DNA of 62,868 nucleotides from Promethearchaeota archaeon (lineage in GTDB: Archaea; Asgardarchaeota; Lokiarchaeia; Sigyniarchaeales; SOKP01): NCBI GenBank assembly GCA_019058295.1, contig JAHPZI010000025.1, positions 12,418 through 75,285 on the forward strand, written 5' to 3'. Below the pieces are notes generated by a model. The model searched no databases. It was not told the origin of the DNA and saw nothing but the letters and a program-made list of their open reading frames with translations. Made by a program: the position numbers and the translations under genes. Below, one piece after another: positions 9,321 to 19,499 of this stretch. Position 1 is the stretch's first letter. Every line of letters starts with the position of its first letter.

Positions 9321-10427
9321 ATGAGTCTTAAATTAGAAGATGTAAAAGGTTTGGGTAAAAAAGTGGAAAATCTTAAAGAAGCGGGAATAGATTCTGTTGA
9401 AAAGTTAGCAAGTGCGAAAATAGATGATTTATTAAAAATTAAAGGTATTGGTAAAGCATCCGCCCAGAAATTTATTGATAACGCAAAGACATTATTAGGA
9501 GAACAATCAAATGAAACAGAATCCGAAGTGAAGGAATCCACCGAAGAAATTGATGAAGAGAAAAAAATTCAAGAAGAGCTTAAAAAGCTGGAAGAGAAGA
9601 AAAAACAATTAGAAGGAAAAAAAGTTGAAAAAGGAGATTTTATCTTAGTTAAAATAACGGGAAAAACTCAAAAAGGTCGAATTTTTCAAGTTTCTTCAAT
9701 TGAAGATGCTAAGAAAGCGGGAATTTACGATGAGAAGAAGGAACATATTTATACCCCCGAATTTGTAATCGTAGGAAAACCAGGATTTTTAAATGAAGGT
9801 GTTATGGAAACTATTGAAAAATTGAATTATTTTGAAAAAAAATCTGTTCGTATTCCGCCATCAAAGGGATTTGGCAAAAGAGATCCAGCAAAAATAGAAA
9901 GGATAGGAATAGCTAAATTTAGAAAATTAAATGAAGGCAAGAATCCGGAATTAGGACAAGATTTTGTTAAGAAGGATGGTCAAAGAGGAACAGTAACAAA
10001 CATTTTGCAAGGTAGAGTTATCATTGACTATAATCATCCATTAGCGGGACAAAATCTGGATTATAATATCGAAGTAATCGATAAAATTGAAGATTTTAAT
10101 GACAAGATTGAGTATTTTATGATAAATAAAGGAATTCCAAAAGCAAATATAGCCGATTTTAAAGCAAATTATAATAAGAAAGAAAAATCAATTGAATTTA
10201 CAATTCCTAAACAATTTTTATTCCAAAACTTAATAATGTTAAAGTTCGGGCTATCTATGGACTTACAAACTAATATGGGAGATGAAATTAATGATGTTAA
10301 ATTCATTGAAATTTACGAAAAAATGCCCCTACCAGCAACACCCTCAGAATCGGTTGCCTCAAAAGTTGAGGAATATAATAAACAACAAGAATCGGAACAA
10401 GAAGAAGAACAAGGCAAAAAAACTTAA
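9321..10427 (+). CDS. Long-type archaeal FKBP PPIase (SlyD-like) with N-terminal HhH domain
   Basis: IPPSKGFGKRD, IDYNHPLAGQNL; N-terminal VKGLG...IKGIGKASAQK. Confidence 0.88.
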   Translation: MSLKLEDVKGLGKKVENLKEAGIDSVEKLASAKIDDLLKIKGIGKASAQKFIDNAKTLLGEQSNETESEVKESTEEIDEEKKIQEELKKLEEKKKQLEGKKVEKGDFILVKITGKTQKGRIFQVSSIEDAKKAGIYDEKKEHIYTPEFVIVGKPGFLNEGVMETIEKLNYFEKKSVRIPPSKGFGKRDPAKIERIGIAKFRKLNEGKNPELGQDFVKKDGQRGTVTNILQGRVIIDYNHPLAGQNLDYNIEVIDKIEDFNDKIEYFMINKGIPKANIADFKANYNKKEKSIEFTIPKQFLFQNLIMLKFGLSMDLQTNMGDEINDVKFIEIYEKMPLPATPSESVASKVEEYNKQQESEQEEEQGKKT

Positions 10428-10463
10428 GAAATTTAAATATTTAAGCAATTTTAATCTACATAA

Positions 10464-11456
10464 TTAAGTAACTCTAATTCTTGATACAAGTTTTTTTTTA
10501 CTCAGTTTTGCTTTTTTATATTCAGCTTTCTTAATCATATATTCATCAAATTTTAATTGAAGATCAATTTTCAATTGAGAAGCATCTTTATTCGTTTTTA
10601 GAAATTCTTTTTTTATTTTCTTGTATTTCTTCTTTGCTTTTCTAAACTCCTCTTTTCTTAATTTATATTTTTTATATTGTAATTTAATATCTTCTCTCGA
10701 CATATCAATTATATCCTTTAAGCCCAAATCTTTCAATTGTCCTTTAAACTTCTGAATCGACTCAAATTTGATTACATAGATCCCTAATTGCCGAGCAGGA
10801 ATAAGATTTACCATTTTATCGTCAATAAAAATACAATACTTTGGTTTTGTTTTTAATTTTCTTAAAACATACTTATATTTTTCCAATTCTGGTTTTCTTA
10901 TCCCAATCTCATTTGAAAGAAAAATATTATCAAATAAATCATAAAAACCTCTAAGTTCATTTAATTCCGCATGAATTTCAAATGTATTTGACATTAGACT
11001 AACTATAAATCCAGCATCATGCAAATTCTCTACTATTTCTTTCATATCTCCAGATAAATTAGCAAATTTAGAATATAACTGAAACCAAAGTTCCAAATAA
11101 TAACTAATATTTACTTTTTTCTCAGGTAAAGCACCTTCTTTTTCTTCTTTTATAGTATAATAGTATTTGTCGAGAATTTTTGTAATAAAATCTCTAGAAG
11201 AGATTATGCCTGAACCAACCTGCCTGAAGAGCTTTCTATAATACGAATTTTCTGACCGAGGGATTGTTATTTTTAAATCACTCTCAATAATATCTATTAA
11301 ATTTTTTATACAAAACGTTTGTTCAATCATCACACCCCCAAAATCAAATATGAAGTGTTTAATCCTATATAATCTAATTTTCTGAGAACCAAATACCTGT
11401 TTTATTATATTTTCTTCTTGTTTTTGAATTTCCCTTCGCATTTGAAGATAATCCAC
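10464..11456 (-). CDS. HAD phosphatase (DxGGV subtype) with Lys-rich C-terminal extension
   Basis: FDFGGVM, LMSNT, RKPE, FIDDK..N. Confidence 0.88.
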   Translation of the reverse strand: MDYLQMRREIQKQEENIIKQVFGSQKIRLYRIKHFIFDFGGVMIEQTFCIKNLIDIIESDLKITIPRSENSYYRKLFRQVGSGIISSRDFITKILDKYYYTIKEEKEGALPEKKVNISYYLELWFQLYSKFANLSGDMKEIVENLHDAGFIVSLMSNTFEIHAELNELRGFYDLFDNIFLSNEIGIRKPELEKYKYVLRKLKTKPKYCIFIDDKMVNLIPARQLGIYVIKFESIQKFKGQLKDLGLKDIIDMSREDIKLQYKKYKLRKEEFRKAKKKYKKIKKEFLKTNKDASQLKIDLQLKFDEYMIKKAEYKKAKLSKKKLVSRIRVT

Positions 11457-11485
11457 TTTTTATTTTATATATTTAAAAATTATTG

Positions 11486-12298
11486 TTAGTTTTTTAACTT
11501 CTTATATTCATTTAGTATTAGATTTCCAATTAAAGGCACAGGATCTCCTCCACACTTCCAATTAGAGAACTCAGGGAAAGAACCAGTATCAACAACTAAA
11601 TGTTTATGTGTTTTTTTTTCTACAACTATATCGAGATGTCCAAATAAGAGATTATATTGATTTTTCCATTTCATTATAATTTGTTTCATTTCCTTCGAGA
11701 GTTCCCTTCTTGTCATTTCAGAATGTTCATTTTTTAAGGGAATTTTCTCCATTGCACATATTTTATCACCAATAAAATAAACAGTATAATGTGTTCCTTC
11801 AATAAATTTCTCCAAATAGAGAATATCCTCATTTAAATTTTCAATATCACCAAAATTATAAATAACTTTAACACCTCTACTCCCGGAACCTGAAACAGGT
11901 TTTAAAATAAATGGAAAATCTTTATCCTTAAGGTTTTTTTTAATTGTTTCTGGAGTTCCATAATACCATTTTGGATATAGCAAACCCGCATTTTTTATTA
12001 ACAGATAGGCTTCAAATCTATCTTTATGTTTTTGGCTAATGTCAGTATTTGGAATAACTGGAATGCCATGTGATTCTGCGTAAAATCCAGCATAGACAAA
12101 AGGTATCTGATGCTTAGATTTTAGAATATATAAATCATTTTCAAGCATAGATTCGTTAATACATAAATTTTCTTTTGTATAAATTATAGTATTATGTCCC
12201 TTACTTTCAAAAAAGTTCTTAAGTTTACCAGTGAAATGTCCTCGTCTTTTAGATAAAATTCCAATTTTTAAACGCATTTTTATTTTATAACTATTCAA
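11486..12298 (-). CDS. ATP-grasp protein (ITPK1/RimK-like)
   Basis: ILKPVSGSGSRGV, LEKFIEG, FGHLD, VDTGSFPEF. Confidence 0.8.
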   Translation of the reverse strand: MNSYKIKMRLKIGILSKRRGHFTGKLKNFFESKGHNTIIYTKENLCINESMLENDLYILKSKHQIPFVYAGFYAESHGIPVIPNTDISQKHKDRFEAYLLIKNAGLLYPKWYYGTPETIKKNLKDKDFPFILKPVSGSGSRGVKVIYNFGDIENLNEDILYLEKFIEGTHYTVYFIGDKICAMEKIPLKNEHSEMTRRELSKEMKQIIMKWKNQYNLLFGHLDIVVEKKTHKHLVVDTGSFPEFSNWKCGGDPVPLIGNLILNEYKKLKN

Positions 12299-13149
12299 TT
12301 TCTTGTTTGTTCAATTAAAAAATCTACCATAATTCTTGGCCCATCCTTAATATAATTAAAATTAGGTGTAGAATTTATATCTGTTAAATAATACTGACCC
12401 TCTTTAGATTTAAGAAAATCTAATGATGCTACTTTTAGATCCAAAATTTTCATTGCTCTTAAAACAATTTCTTTTAATTCTGGGATCTCCTCAATTTCTC
12501 TTCTAGTTTCCATTTTGTTAGGATTAACTAATACTGGTAGTTGTTTGTAAAAATATAAATCTTCTCCAAAACCATAAACCTTGTATTCCCATTTACTTTT
12601 TATAAACATCTGATAGTATAGATATTGATATTTCTCATCTTTTCCTTCAACTTCCTCAATTGCTCTTTCATCACTTACTTTTATATGTCCATCTTCCTTT
12701 AAAATATTTGGTTGGAAAGAATATGTTTTCTGATCAATTATATTTTTTATAATATAATTTGGAAAAGGAGATTGACAATTTGAAGGGTTTAAAGAAAAAT
12801 CAGGGACGCTAATACCGCCCTTTTTTAATATAAGACTATTCATAAATCTATTAATAGATATCCAAATTCCCTTATGAGAATTTATTATTGGTATTGAAGT
12901 TTCATTTTCAATCATTCTCGTCATAGCAATCATTAATTTTCCTTTTCCTTTAACAAAAAATAGATCCACATCAAAATTTAGATTATCAATATTCAATAAA
13001 TATGACTCTTCCAAATAAATCGAAACTTTAGCTTTAGATTTTAAGATTTTTAAAAATTCGGCTACTTTATTTTCCAAATGATAACGATCTATTATGAGTC
13101 CAATCTCTTTCATTTTTCTATTTTGGCTCTTAAATTTTTTATAAGTCAC
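12295..13149 (-). CDS. ATP-grasp protein, ITPK1-like
   Basis: YQMFI...EYKVYGFG, ASLDF, YYLTDINSTPNF. Confidence 0.78.
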   Translation of the reverse strand: MTYKKFKSQNRKMKEIGLIIDRYHLENKVAEFLKILKSKAKVSIYLEESYLLNIDNLNFDVDLFFVKGKGKLMIAMTRMIENETSIPIINSHKGIWISINRFMNSLILKKGGISVPDFSLNPSNCQSPFPNYIIKNIIDQKTYSFQPNILKEDGHIKVSDERAIEEVEGKDEKYQYLYYQMFIKSKWEYKVYGFGEDLYFYKQLPVLVNPNKMETRREIEEIPELKEIVLRAMKILDLKVASLDFLKSKEGQYYLTDINSTPNFNYIKDGPRIMVDFLIEQTRN

Positions 13150-13331
13150 ATATTTTAATATTTAATAAAAGCGTTTTATTTGATTTATATAAATTTATCT
13201 ACTTCTCTTTTTACACTATTTTCATTTTGAATATATAATTTTACATAACAATGGTGTAATCTACTATATAAATAACAAATACATTTATATAACTTAATAA
13301 CTATATTTAGACAAACTAATGAGATTTTTTT

Positions 13332-14249
13332 ATGCCTAAAAAAATCATTGTTGGTTCAATTTGCAATCGGGATCTTGATATATTTGACGAGATCAAGAGA
13401 TTTTCTAAGATTAATTATGGAATCAAGTTTGTTAATCTCTTAAAAAATGGTTCTTCTTTTTCTGTGAAATATTTTAAAAAAAAGTTGAAAAAATACCAAA
13501 TTTCATTCTTAATTGTTAAATTATATTCAGAGGAAACGAATCAAAAGATTTATGATGCGTTAAATACATACGCACCCAATATTCCACGTTTAAATAGTCT
13601 AAAATCTGTTAAAACATGCGAAAGTCGCAAGGAGACATTTAAATTAGTGGAACAAAAATGTAAAAAGTTGAAGATTCCTCAATCTTTTTATTCAATAAAC
13701 ACTGCATATGAAGCAGTTTCTAAAGGAATCCCTTTAATTGTTAAGTTAGATACGCATAATATAAGAAACTTATCTAAATATGATCGGATTGTTGGTGTCG
13801 CAAGAAATCCTGACGATTTGCAAAATTTAATTAGACATTACGATATACAGAATAATTGTTTATTTTTCCAAGAATATTTAGGAAAATATGAAGACGTCTA
13901 TAAAGTATACATAATTGATCGCTATGTACAAACGATTACCTCTCAAAATCTTATACAGCAACGTAAGCATTCATCTAAAAAATTAGTACATATTAGAGTT
14001 CCTATTGATAAAGAATTTAAAAGACAAATTTTAAGAACAGGAAGAAAATTTGGAATGTCGATTTTTGGTGTAGATTATATTTTAAAGGATGGGATTCCTT
14101 ATATCGTTGATATTAATGATTTTCCTAGTTTTAGTAATATTCCGGAATCAGTGAGCATGATTTCCGAATATATATATAGATTCTGTTTAGCAAGACTAAG
14201 CCTCACCAAAATTCCTATGAGAATGAAAGTTAAGACATACACTACATAA
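13332..14249 (+). CDS. ATP-grasp protein, ITPK1-like inositol phosphate kinase
   Basis: FQEYL...VYKVYII, IFGVDYI, YIVDINDFPSF. Confidence 0.82.
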   Translation: MPKKIIVGSICNRDLDIFDEIKRFSKINYGIKFVNLLKNGSSFSVKYFKKKLKKYQISFLIVKLYSEETNQKIYDALNTYAPNIPRLNSLKSVKTCESRKETFKLVEQKCKKLKIPQSFYSINTAYEAVSKGIPLIVKLDTHNIRNLSKYDRIVGVARNPDDLQNLIRHYDIQNNCLFFQEYLGKYEDVYKVYIIDRYVQTITSQNLIQQRKHSSKKLVHIRVPIDKEFKRQILRTGRKFGMSIFGVDYILKDGIPYIVDINDFPSFSNIPESVSMISEYIYRFCLARLSLTKIPMRMKVKTYTT

Positions 14250-14280
14250 AAAGAAAGTAAATAAATACTGATTTATTAAA

Positions 14281-15372
14281 TTATCTCGTTCTTTTTCCTT
14301 CTATAAATCTTATAAGGCGTCGTTTCGCCCGAAAATCATCGAGTTGCTTTGGTGGATATTTCATGAAAAATGAACATGCTGTATGTAATACACCCCCGAC
14401 ATGTCGATCTTTAGCTATTTTTGATATTCGAATACAATCCGCAATAATTCCTGCTGAATTATTCCCATCTTCAACAAACATTGTAATATCCACTCTAACA
14501 GGAGCACCTCCAAAAATACGTCCTTCCAATCTCATATATGCCTCTTTTTGGTTCTTTAAGAATGGGATATAATCTACAGCAGATATTTGACATTCAACAG
14601 TATCTTTGTTTTTTAATTTAGCAACGACAGAGGCTGTTTTGGATTGGCGCTTTCCTTCTTCATAAAATAATTCTCCATTAGGTTTAGGAGTTAACAAATT
14701 GCAAAAGTCACTGCATCCGCCCCAATCTAATTGAATAGTACGATCCAATATTGCACCACGCATTGGAAAAAGGTTAGCTAAAGATCTATGAATGATAGTT
14801 GCTCCAATTTGTGATTTCACATCATCTCCTATTAATGAAAGTCGTGATTCTTCAGCTTTCCTTACTAAATCCGGATCTTTTGCAACATGTGATGGCATTC
14901 CACAGATCACACAAGCTCCCGCATCAAGAGCTGCCATAGCATAGAATTTTACAGCTTTATGAGCGCCTGTTGGCAGAAGAATTACTGCGACATCTATATT
15001 ACGATCTTTCATTTCTTTTACAATATCAGCTTCTTCTTGATTATCATCCACAGGAACGATGTTTTTTATATTGCTTTGTAACCCGTCCAAAATTGGACCC
15101 TTAACCACTGGCGCATCTATAAAATCTGGAGTAAATAATTTCATATTACAGTTAGGTTCAGCGAATATTGCTTCACTAAGATCTTTTCCTACTTTGTTTG
15201 CATTAACTTCTATACCTAAAACAAAATTGATATCACTAATGTTATACTGGGTGATTTCAGGTAAAATGCCAATAATTTTCTCTGGATTTTTTTTATAATT
15301 TTCAATTCCCTGTACTAAAGCAGAAGCAACGTCTCCGATCCCGATAAGAGCCACATTTATTTTGTTAGGCAT
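14281..15372 (-). CDS. ino1: myo-inositol-1-phosphate synthase
   Basis: GIGDVASALVQG, GDDVKSQIGAT, DFCNL, QSKT, EDGNNSAG, FFMKYPP. Confidence 0.95.
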   Translation of the reverse strand: MPNKINVALIGIGDVASALVQGIENYKKNPEKIIGILPEITQYNISDINFVLGIEVNANKVGKDLSEAIFAEPNCNMKLFTPDFIDAPVVKGPILDGLQSNIKNIVPVDDNQEEADIVKEMKDRNIDVAVILLPTGAHKAVKFYAMAALDAGACVICGMPSHVAKDPDLVRKAEESRLSLIGDDVKSQIGATIIHRSLANLFPMRGAILDRTIQLDWGGCSDFCNLLTPKPNGELFYEEGKRQSKTASVVAKLKNKDTVECQISAVDYIPFLKNQKEAYMRLEGRIFGGAPVRVDITMFVEDGNNSAGIIADCIRISKIAKDRHVGGVLHTACSFFMKYPPKQLDDFRAKRRLIRFIEGKRTR

Positions 15373-15494
15373 CTTATTGTTTATAATTAAATTATTATAT
15401 TTAAATCATTATGAATGAGAATAAAATTTTTAAAAGTAAAAAAAAAAGAGTAATCAATTTTAAATATTATATTAAATTTTTTTAGTTTTTCAAC

Positions 15495-17201
15495 CTAAGT
15501 TTTATGCCAAAGTTTGCGAAGGAAGTGCGCTGCCATTTTTGGTTTTCTATCTCGAGTAAATACGCCTTTATGGTTGAGTCCTTTAGCTCTTATTATGCTT
15601 TGAGATGTTTTAAAATCACACATATTCCATATATGAGCACCTACAACATAATCTTTAGATTTTAATACTTCTAAATAATTTTTTATAAATTCAACTTGAT
15701 ATTCTTCACTCCACATTTCTGGCTGTTCGGAATGGCATCCAGCAAGCGTATCTGTTCCAAATTCTGAAAGTATTAAAGGCTTTTTGTATTTACTATTTAT
15801 TTTATCCAATTCATTAGATAATAATTTACATCCTTCATCAATTTGACCGGATTGTGTATACCACCCATAATATCGATTTAAGCATATGACTTCTAAAAAT
15901 TCAAATGCTCGTTCTGAAGCTCCAACCATGCTTACTAAAGTAATTGGTCTAGTTGAATCTATATTTCTCGCAGTATCATACATCGCTCGAAAAAAATCTT
16001 TAGCTGCTATGCTTCGACTTGGTTCATTTGCAAGGCTCCACATTATAACACTTGGATGATTTTTATCCCGTTCAATTAACTCCTTAATATATCTTTGACA
16101 TAAATCCAAATGACGATCGATAATATCTTTGCTAAACGTAAGTCCAACAGCAGGTGTTTCGTCAATGATTAAAAATCCCAATCTATCTGCCATGTCCATC
16201 ATTTGTTCTGAATATGGATAATGAGAAGTACGAAATGAATTTGCTCCAATCCACCTTAATAAATCATAATCTTTAGTTATAAGTGCTGGAAGATATCCTT
16301 TTCCAACGACTGGAAAATCTTCATGTTTTGCGCAGCCTTTTAAGAAAATAGGTTTTCCATTTAGAAGTAATTGAGTCCCTTTGACCTCAATCGTACGAAT
16401 ACCCACAGATAAGGAATATTCATCAAAAACAATTCCATTATCTAAAAGTTCTACTTTCAAATCGTATAGGTTAGGATATTCTGGAGACCATAATTTAGCA
16501 TTTTCTACATTAAGAAAAATTTCAGTAGTAGCATCAAGTGATATTCTCGATTCTATTTGAATCCCATAACCCGTTAATATAGCATTAGCTTCTTTTCCTT
16601 TCACTCCATTCTTTTCTAGCAAAACCTTTACTAATCCAGTTGTGCCTTCAATAGTGGTTATTACCGTAATATCATTGATACCTTCCTTAGGTATAGCATA
16701 GAGTAAAACGGGGCGTTGGATTCCACAATATGGATAAAAATCAAAATTAGTATCTGGGTAATTCATCGTCCTTCCACTCGGAGGAACGTGCTCCTTTAAG
16801 AGATTCCCATCTACTCTAACAATTAATTTGTTTTTCTCAACTTTACATCTCTCCGTAATATCAAACTTAAAAGGTAAATGTCCTCCCTCATGTTCACCAA
16901 GCTTCTCACCATTTAACCATACATCAGATAAATAATTTATTGATCCAAATCGTAAGAATATTTTTTGGTTCTCCCATCCCCATGGAATATTAAATTCTGT
17001 TTGATACCACGCAGGTCCTAAGAAATCGCGCCCTTCGGCAAAAATTTCATTCCAACTGGCGGGTACAGCAATCGGACGGCTTCCAACTAAACCCTTTTCC
17101 CAATTTTCTGTTAAACCCTCATTTTTAAAATCAAAACGAAAATCCCAAAAGCCAGATAAATCAATACATTGACGATGTTTATTTCTTTGAGGATAAACCA
17201 T
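15495..17201 (-). CDS. uidA: Beta-glucuronidase (GH2); start re-called to ATG 17201
   Basis: VPASWN, KHED, FRTSHYPY, WSLANEP, SEFG, NHKG motif; AGGAGA upstream of MVYPQ. Confidence 0.9.
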   Translation of the reverse strand: MVYPQRNKHRQCIDLSGFWDFRFDFKNEGLTENWEKGLVGSRPIAVPASWNEIFAEGRDFLGPAWYQTEFNIPWGWENQKIFLRFGSINYLSDVWLNGEKLGEHEGGHLPFKFDITERCKVEKNKLIVRVDGNLLKEHVPPSGRTMNYPDTNFDFYPYCGIQRPVLLYAIPKEGINDITVITTIEGTTGLVKVLLEKNGVKGKEANAILTGYGIQIESRISLDATTEIFLNVENAKLWSPEYPNLYDLKVELLDNGIVFDEYSLSVGIRTIEVKGTQLLLNGKPIFLKGCAKHEDFPVVGKGYLPALITKDYDLLRWIGANSFRTSHYPYSEQMMDMADRLGFLIIDETPAVGLTFSKDIIDRHLDLCQRYIKELIERDKNHPSVIMWSLANEPSRSIAAKDFFRAMYDTARNIDSTRPITLVSMVGASERAFEFLEVICLNRYYGWYTQSGQIDEGCKLLSNELDKINSKYKKPLILSEFGTDTLAGCHSEQPEMWSEEYQVEFIKNYLEVLKSKDYVVGAHIWNMCDFKTSQSIIRAKGLNHKGVFTRDRKPKMAAHFLRKLWHKT

Positions 17202-17244
17202 ATTATTTTCTCCTTTAAATGCTACTTTGAAATTTAAATTTATA

Positions 17245-17943
17245 TTAATTTTGACTATTATCGATAAAATATATTTTCTTTCCAATTAAAATAAGTATAA
17301 TTCCAATTGCAATACCGAGTGGTACTCTAAAAAATAGCATATTGTATAGATTCCAAGTACCTGCCGGGGCTAAATAAAAGAAATAATGAAAATTCGGGTC
17401 GTATAATCCATACCATACGAAATAAAACAAGACATCTTGAGGTGCGGCTAACCAAATGATATTAAGTCCTGTAGATATACATAAGACAACTATAAATCCA
17501 TCTCTATGCTTTATCTTTTTCTCAAAAGGATTTAGAATGCTGATAGATATCGCTAAACATCTAATAGGAACTTGCAATACCCATTTAAAGAACCAATACT
17601 TTTGTAGTAATCCTGGTTGAACGATACTCCATTTCCATTCTATTAATAAAGGTGGACCAGCCCACCATGAGTGATGTCCCATTGCAACTAGGTCAACAAA
17701 AGAATCTAAAAATAGAAAAATAATTACGGCGAATATTAATTGTTTAAATGTTTTAGTACGTAAAGCTATTATTATTGAAAGAACCACCCATAATATTTCT
17801 GCGTAAGGATAAAGATCCCATGTTTCTCCTTTTCCTATATAATTAATAAAAATATTAAAAAAAGCTCCAATTGAAAGTATTATAATATAGACCGAAATTA
17901 AGCTATATTGGAAAAGGTTTGAAGATTCTTCTTTTAATTCCAT
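17245..17943 (-). CDS. Membrane protein of unknown function
   Basis: About 6 hydrophobic segments, Trp-rich. Confidence 0.7.
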   Translation of the reverse strand: MELKEESSNLFQYSLISVYIIILSIGAFFNIFINYIGKGETWDLYPYAEILWVVLSIIIALRTKTFKQLIFAVIIFLFLDSFVDLVAMGHHSWWAGPPLLIEWKWSIVQPGLLQKYWFFKWVLQVPIRCLAISISILNPFEKKIKHRDGFIVVLCISTGLNIIWLAAPQDVLFYFVWYGLYDPNFHYFFYLAPAGTWNLYNMLFFRVPLGIAIGIILILIGKKIYFIDNSQN

Positions 17944-18041
17944 TAATTAAAATAATATCATAAAGATTTAAAAAATATTTAATAAAATTCTTAAATTCAT
18001 TTAAAAGTTATATAATAAAAAAGAAAAACATATTTTATTCC

Positions 18042-18938
18042 TTGACTATGGTTAAAAAATTAGTACTTTCTGCTAAAAAAGAGCACGATGTCATTAAGAA
18101 TGTTATTAGGAAACTGAAAGTAGTCCCTGAAATCGAATTAATTCTGCACGATCCTACAGAGGATTTCCTTGATTTGGAAGATATGCAGACCCAATTTGGA
18201 GATGTTGATCTCATAATAACTAAAGTTGCTAACGATTGTTCAATTGATTTGCTCCATTTTGCAAAACTTTATAATATTCCAACTTTGCATGATGTTTACA
18301 CAGTTTTACTATGTAAAAACAAGGTTGCACTTGATCAAGCTATAAGAAAGATATTTGATAAGCATTCAGGCGATTTGGAAAATTTCCTGTTACCAAGATC
18401 ATGGACGCAATCCTTACAAAATATTAATAGATTTAAAGAATGGGCTTCTCCAAAATTACCTATTGTGTTAAAAAGTCATTACCAACACGATAAATACAAC
18501 CGTTTTAATTTTTTAGTTCGAAAAATAGATGAAATTGACAAATTCTGTAAGATATATTCAAATTTTTTATATTACAATATATATATTCAAAAATTCGTTG
18601 AAAGCGATGGTATAGAGCGAAAAATTTATGTTGTTGGTGATAAAATCTACGGTACTCAGCGGGAAAATCCAATATATTATTGGTTAAGAGAGAAACCTGA
18701 AAAAATTGATGTAGAAACATTTAAAAGGGAAAAATTCGAAGTATCTGTTGATATGCAAAATTTAGCTAAAATTCTTGCGAAAGGATTAAACCTAAGAATA
18801 TTTGGCTTTGATTTAGTTAAACCTCTTAATCAAAATAAATATTATCTAATTGATTTAAACGATTTTCCTGGTTTTAAGGGAATTAAAGATATTGATAATG
18901 AGTTAGCTGATTATTTAATAACATACGTAAATCCTTAA
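18042..18938 (+). CDS. ATP-grasp protein, ITPK1-like inositol phosphate kinase
   Basis: IQKFV...ERKIYVVGD, LRIFGFDLV, YYLIDLNDFPGF. Confidence 0.85.
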   Translation: MTMVKKLVLSAKKEHDVIKNVIRKLKVVPEIELILHDPTEDFLDLEDMQTQFGDVDLIITKVANDCSIDLLHFAKLYNIPTLHDVYTVLLCKNKVALDQAIRKIFDKHSGDLENFLLPRSWTQSLQNINRFKEWASPKLPIVLKSHYQHDKYNRFNFLVRKIDEIDKFCKIYSNFLYYNIYIQKFVESDGIERKIYVVGDKIYGTQRENPIYYWLREKPEKIDVETFKREKFEVSVDMQNLAKILAKGLNLRIFGFDLVKPLNQNKYYLIDLNDFPGFKGIKDIDNELADYLITYVNP

Positions 18939-18975
18939 GATTATAATAACTCATTTTTATTTATTTAAAACTTCT

Positions 18976-19461
18976 CTAATTTTTATCAAGAAATTTTTGT
19001 AATCCTTTCATTAAACACTCTTTTATTTCATCCCGAATTAATCTAAAACCTTCAATTCCTTTCATTGAAGGATCTTCAATATCCCCTCTCTCACCCGCAA
19101 ATTCCTTTAAGGTGAGAACTGGTTTATTATTAACTTCTTCTAATTTGAAAAGATCTTCCTTATGCTTTTCAGTAAGAGCCAAAATTAAATCTGCGTCTTG
19201 AATTAACTTTCTATGCTCTTTTTTTTTCAAATCAATAGATTCAGAAGTATCTGATAATTCTATTCCTATCTCTTTCATTACATCTTGCGCATCAATCGAT
19301 ATCAAGCAACCATCTCTTGCATTTGAAGCGATACCTCCAGATTTTACATCGATTTTTAATTTGTTTTTTGAAAAACAATCTCGTAGAAAACCCTCTACCA
19401 TACAACTTCGCGCTACGTTTACACTACATACTACTAACACAGATTTATAAGGAAAATTCAT
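18976..19461 (-). CDS. Low-molecular-weight protein tyrosine phosphatase / ArsC family
   Basis: P-loop VCSVNVARS; DIEDP acid loop. Confidence 0.9.
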   Translation of the reverse strand: MNFPYKSVLVVCSVNVARSCMVEGFLRDCFSKNKLKIDVKSGGIASNARDGCLISIDAQDVMKEIGIELSDTSESIDLKKKEHRKLIQDADLILALTEKHKEDLFKLEEVNNKPVLTLKEFAGERGDIEDPSMKGIEGFRLIRDEIKECLMKGLQKFLDKN

Positions 19462-19499
19462 ATTTAAAAAGTAAAAAGAAGGATATAAAAAAACAATTA

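Noticed and set aside
17202-17285. N-terminal extension of the GUS ORF in the track
   Set aside because: Overlaps the upstream gene; ATG 17201 has an SD and a typical N-terminus
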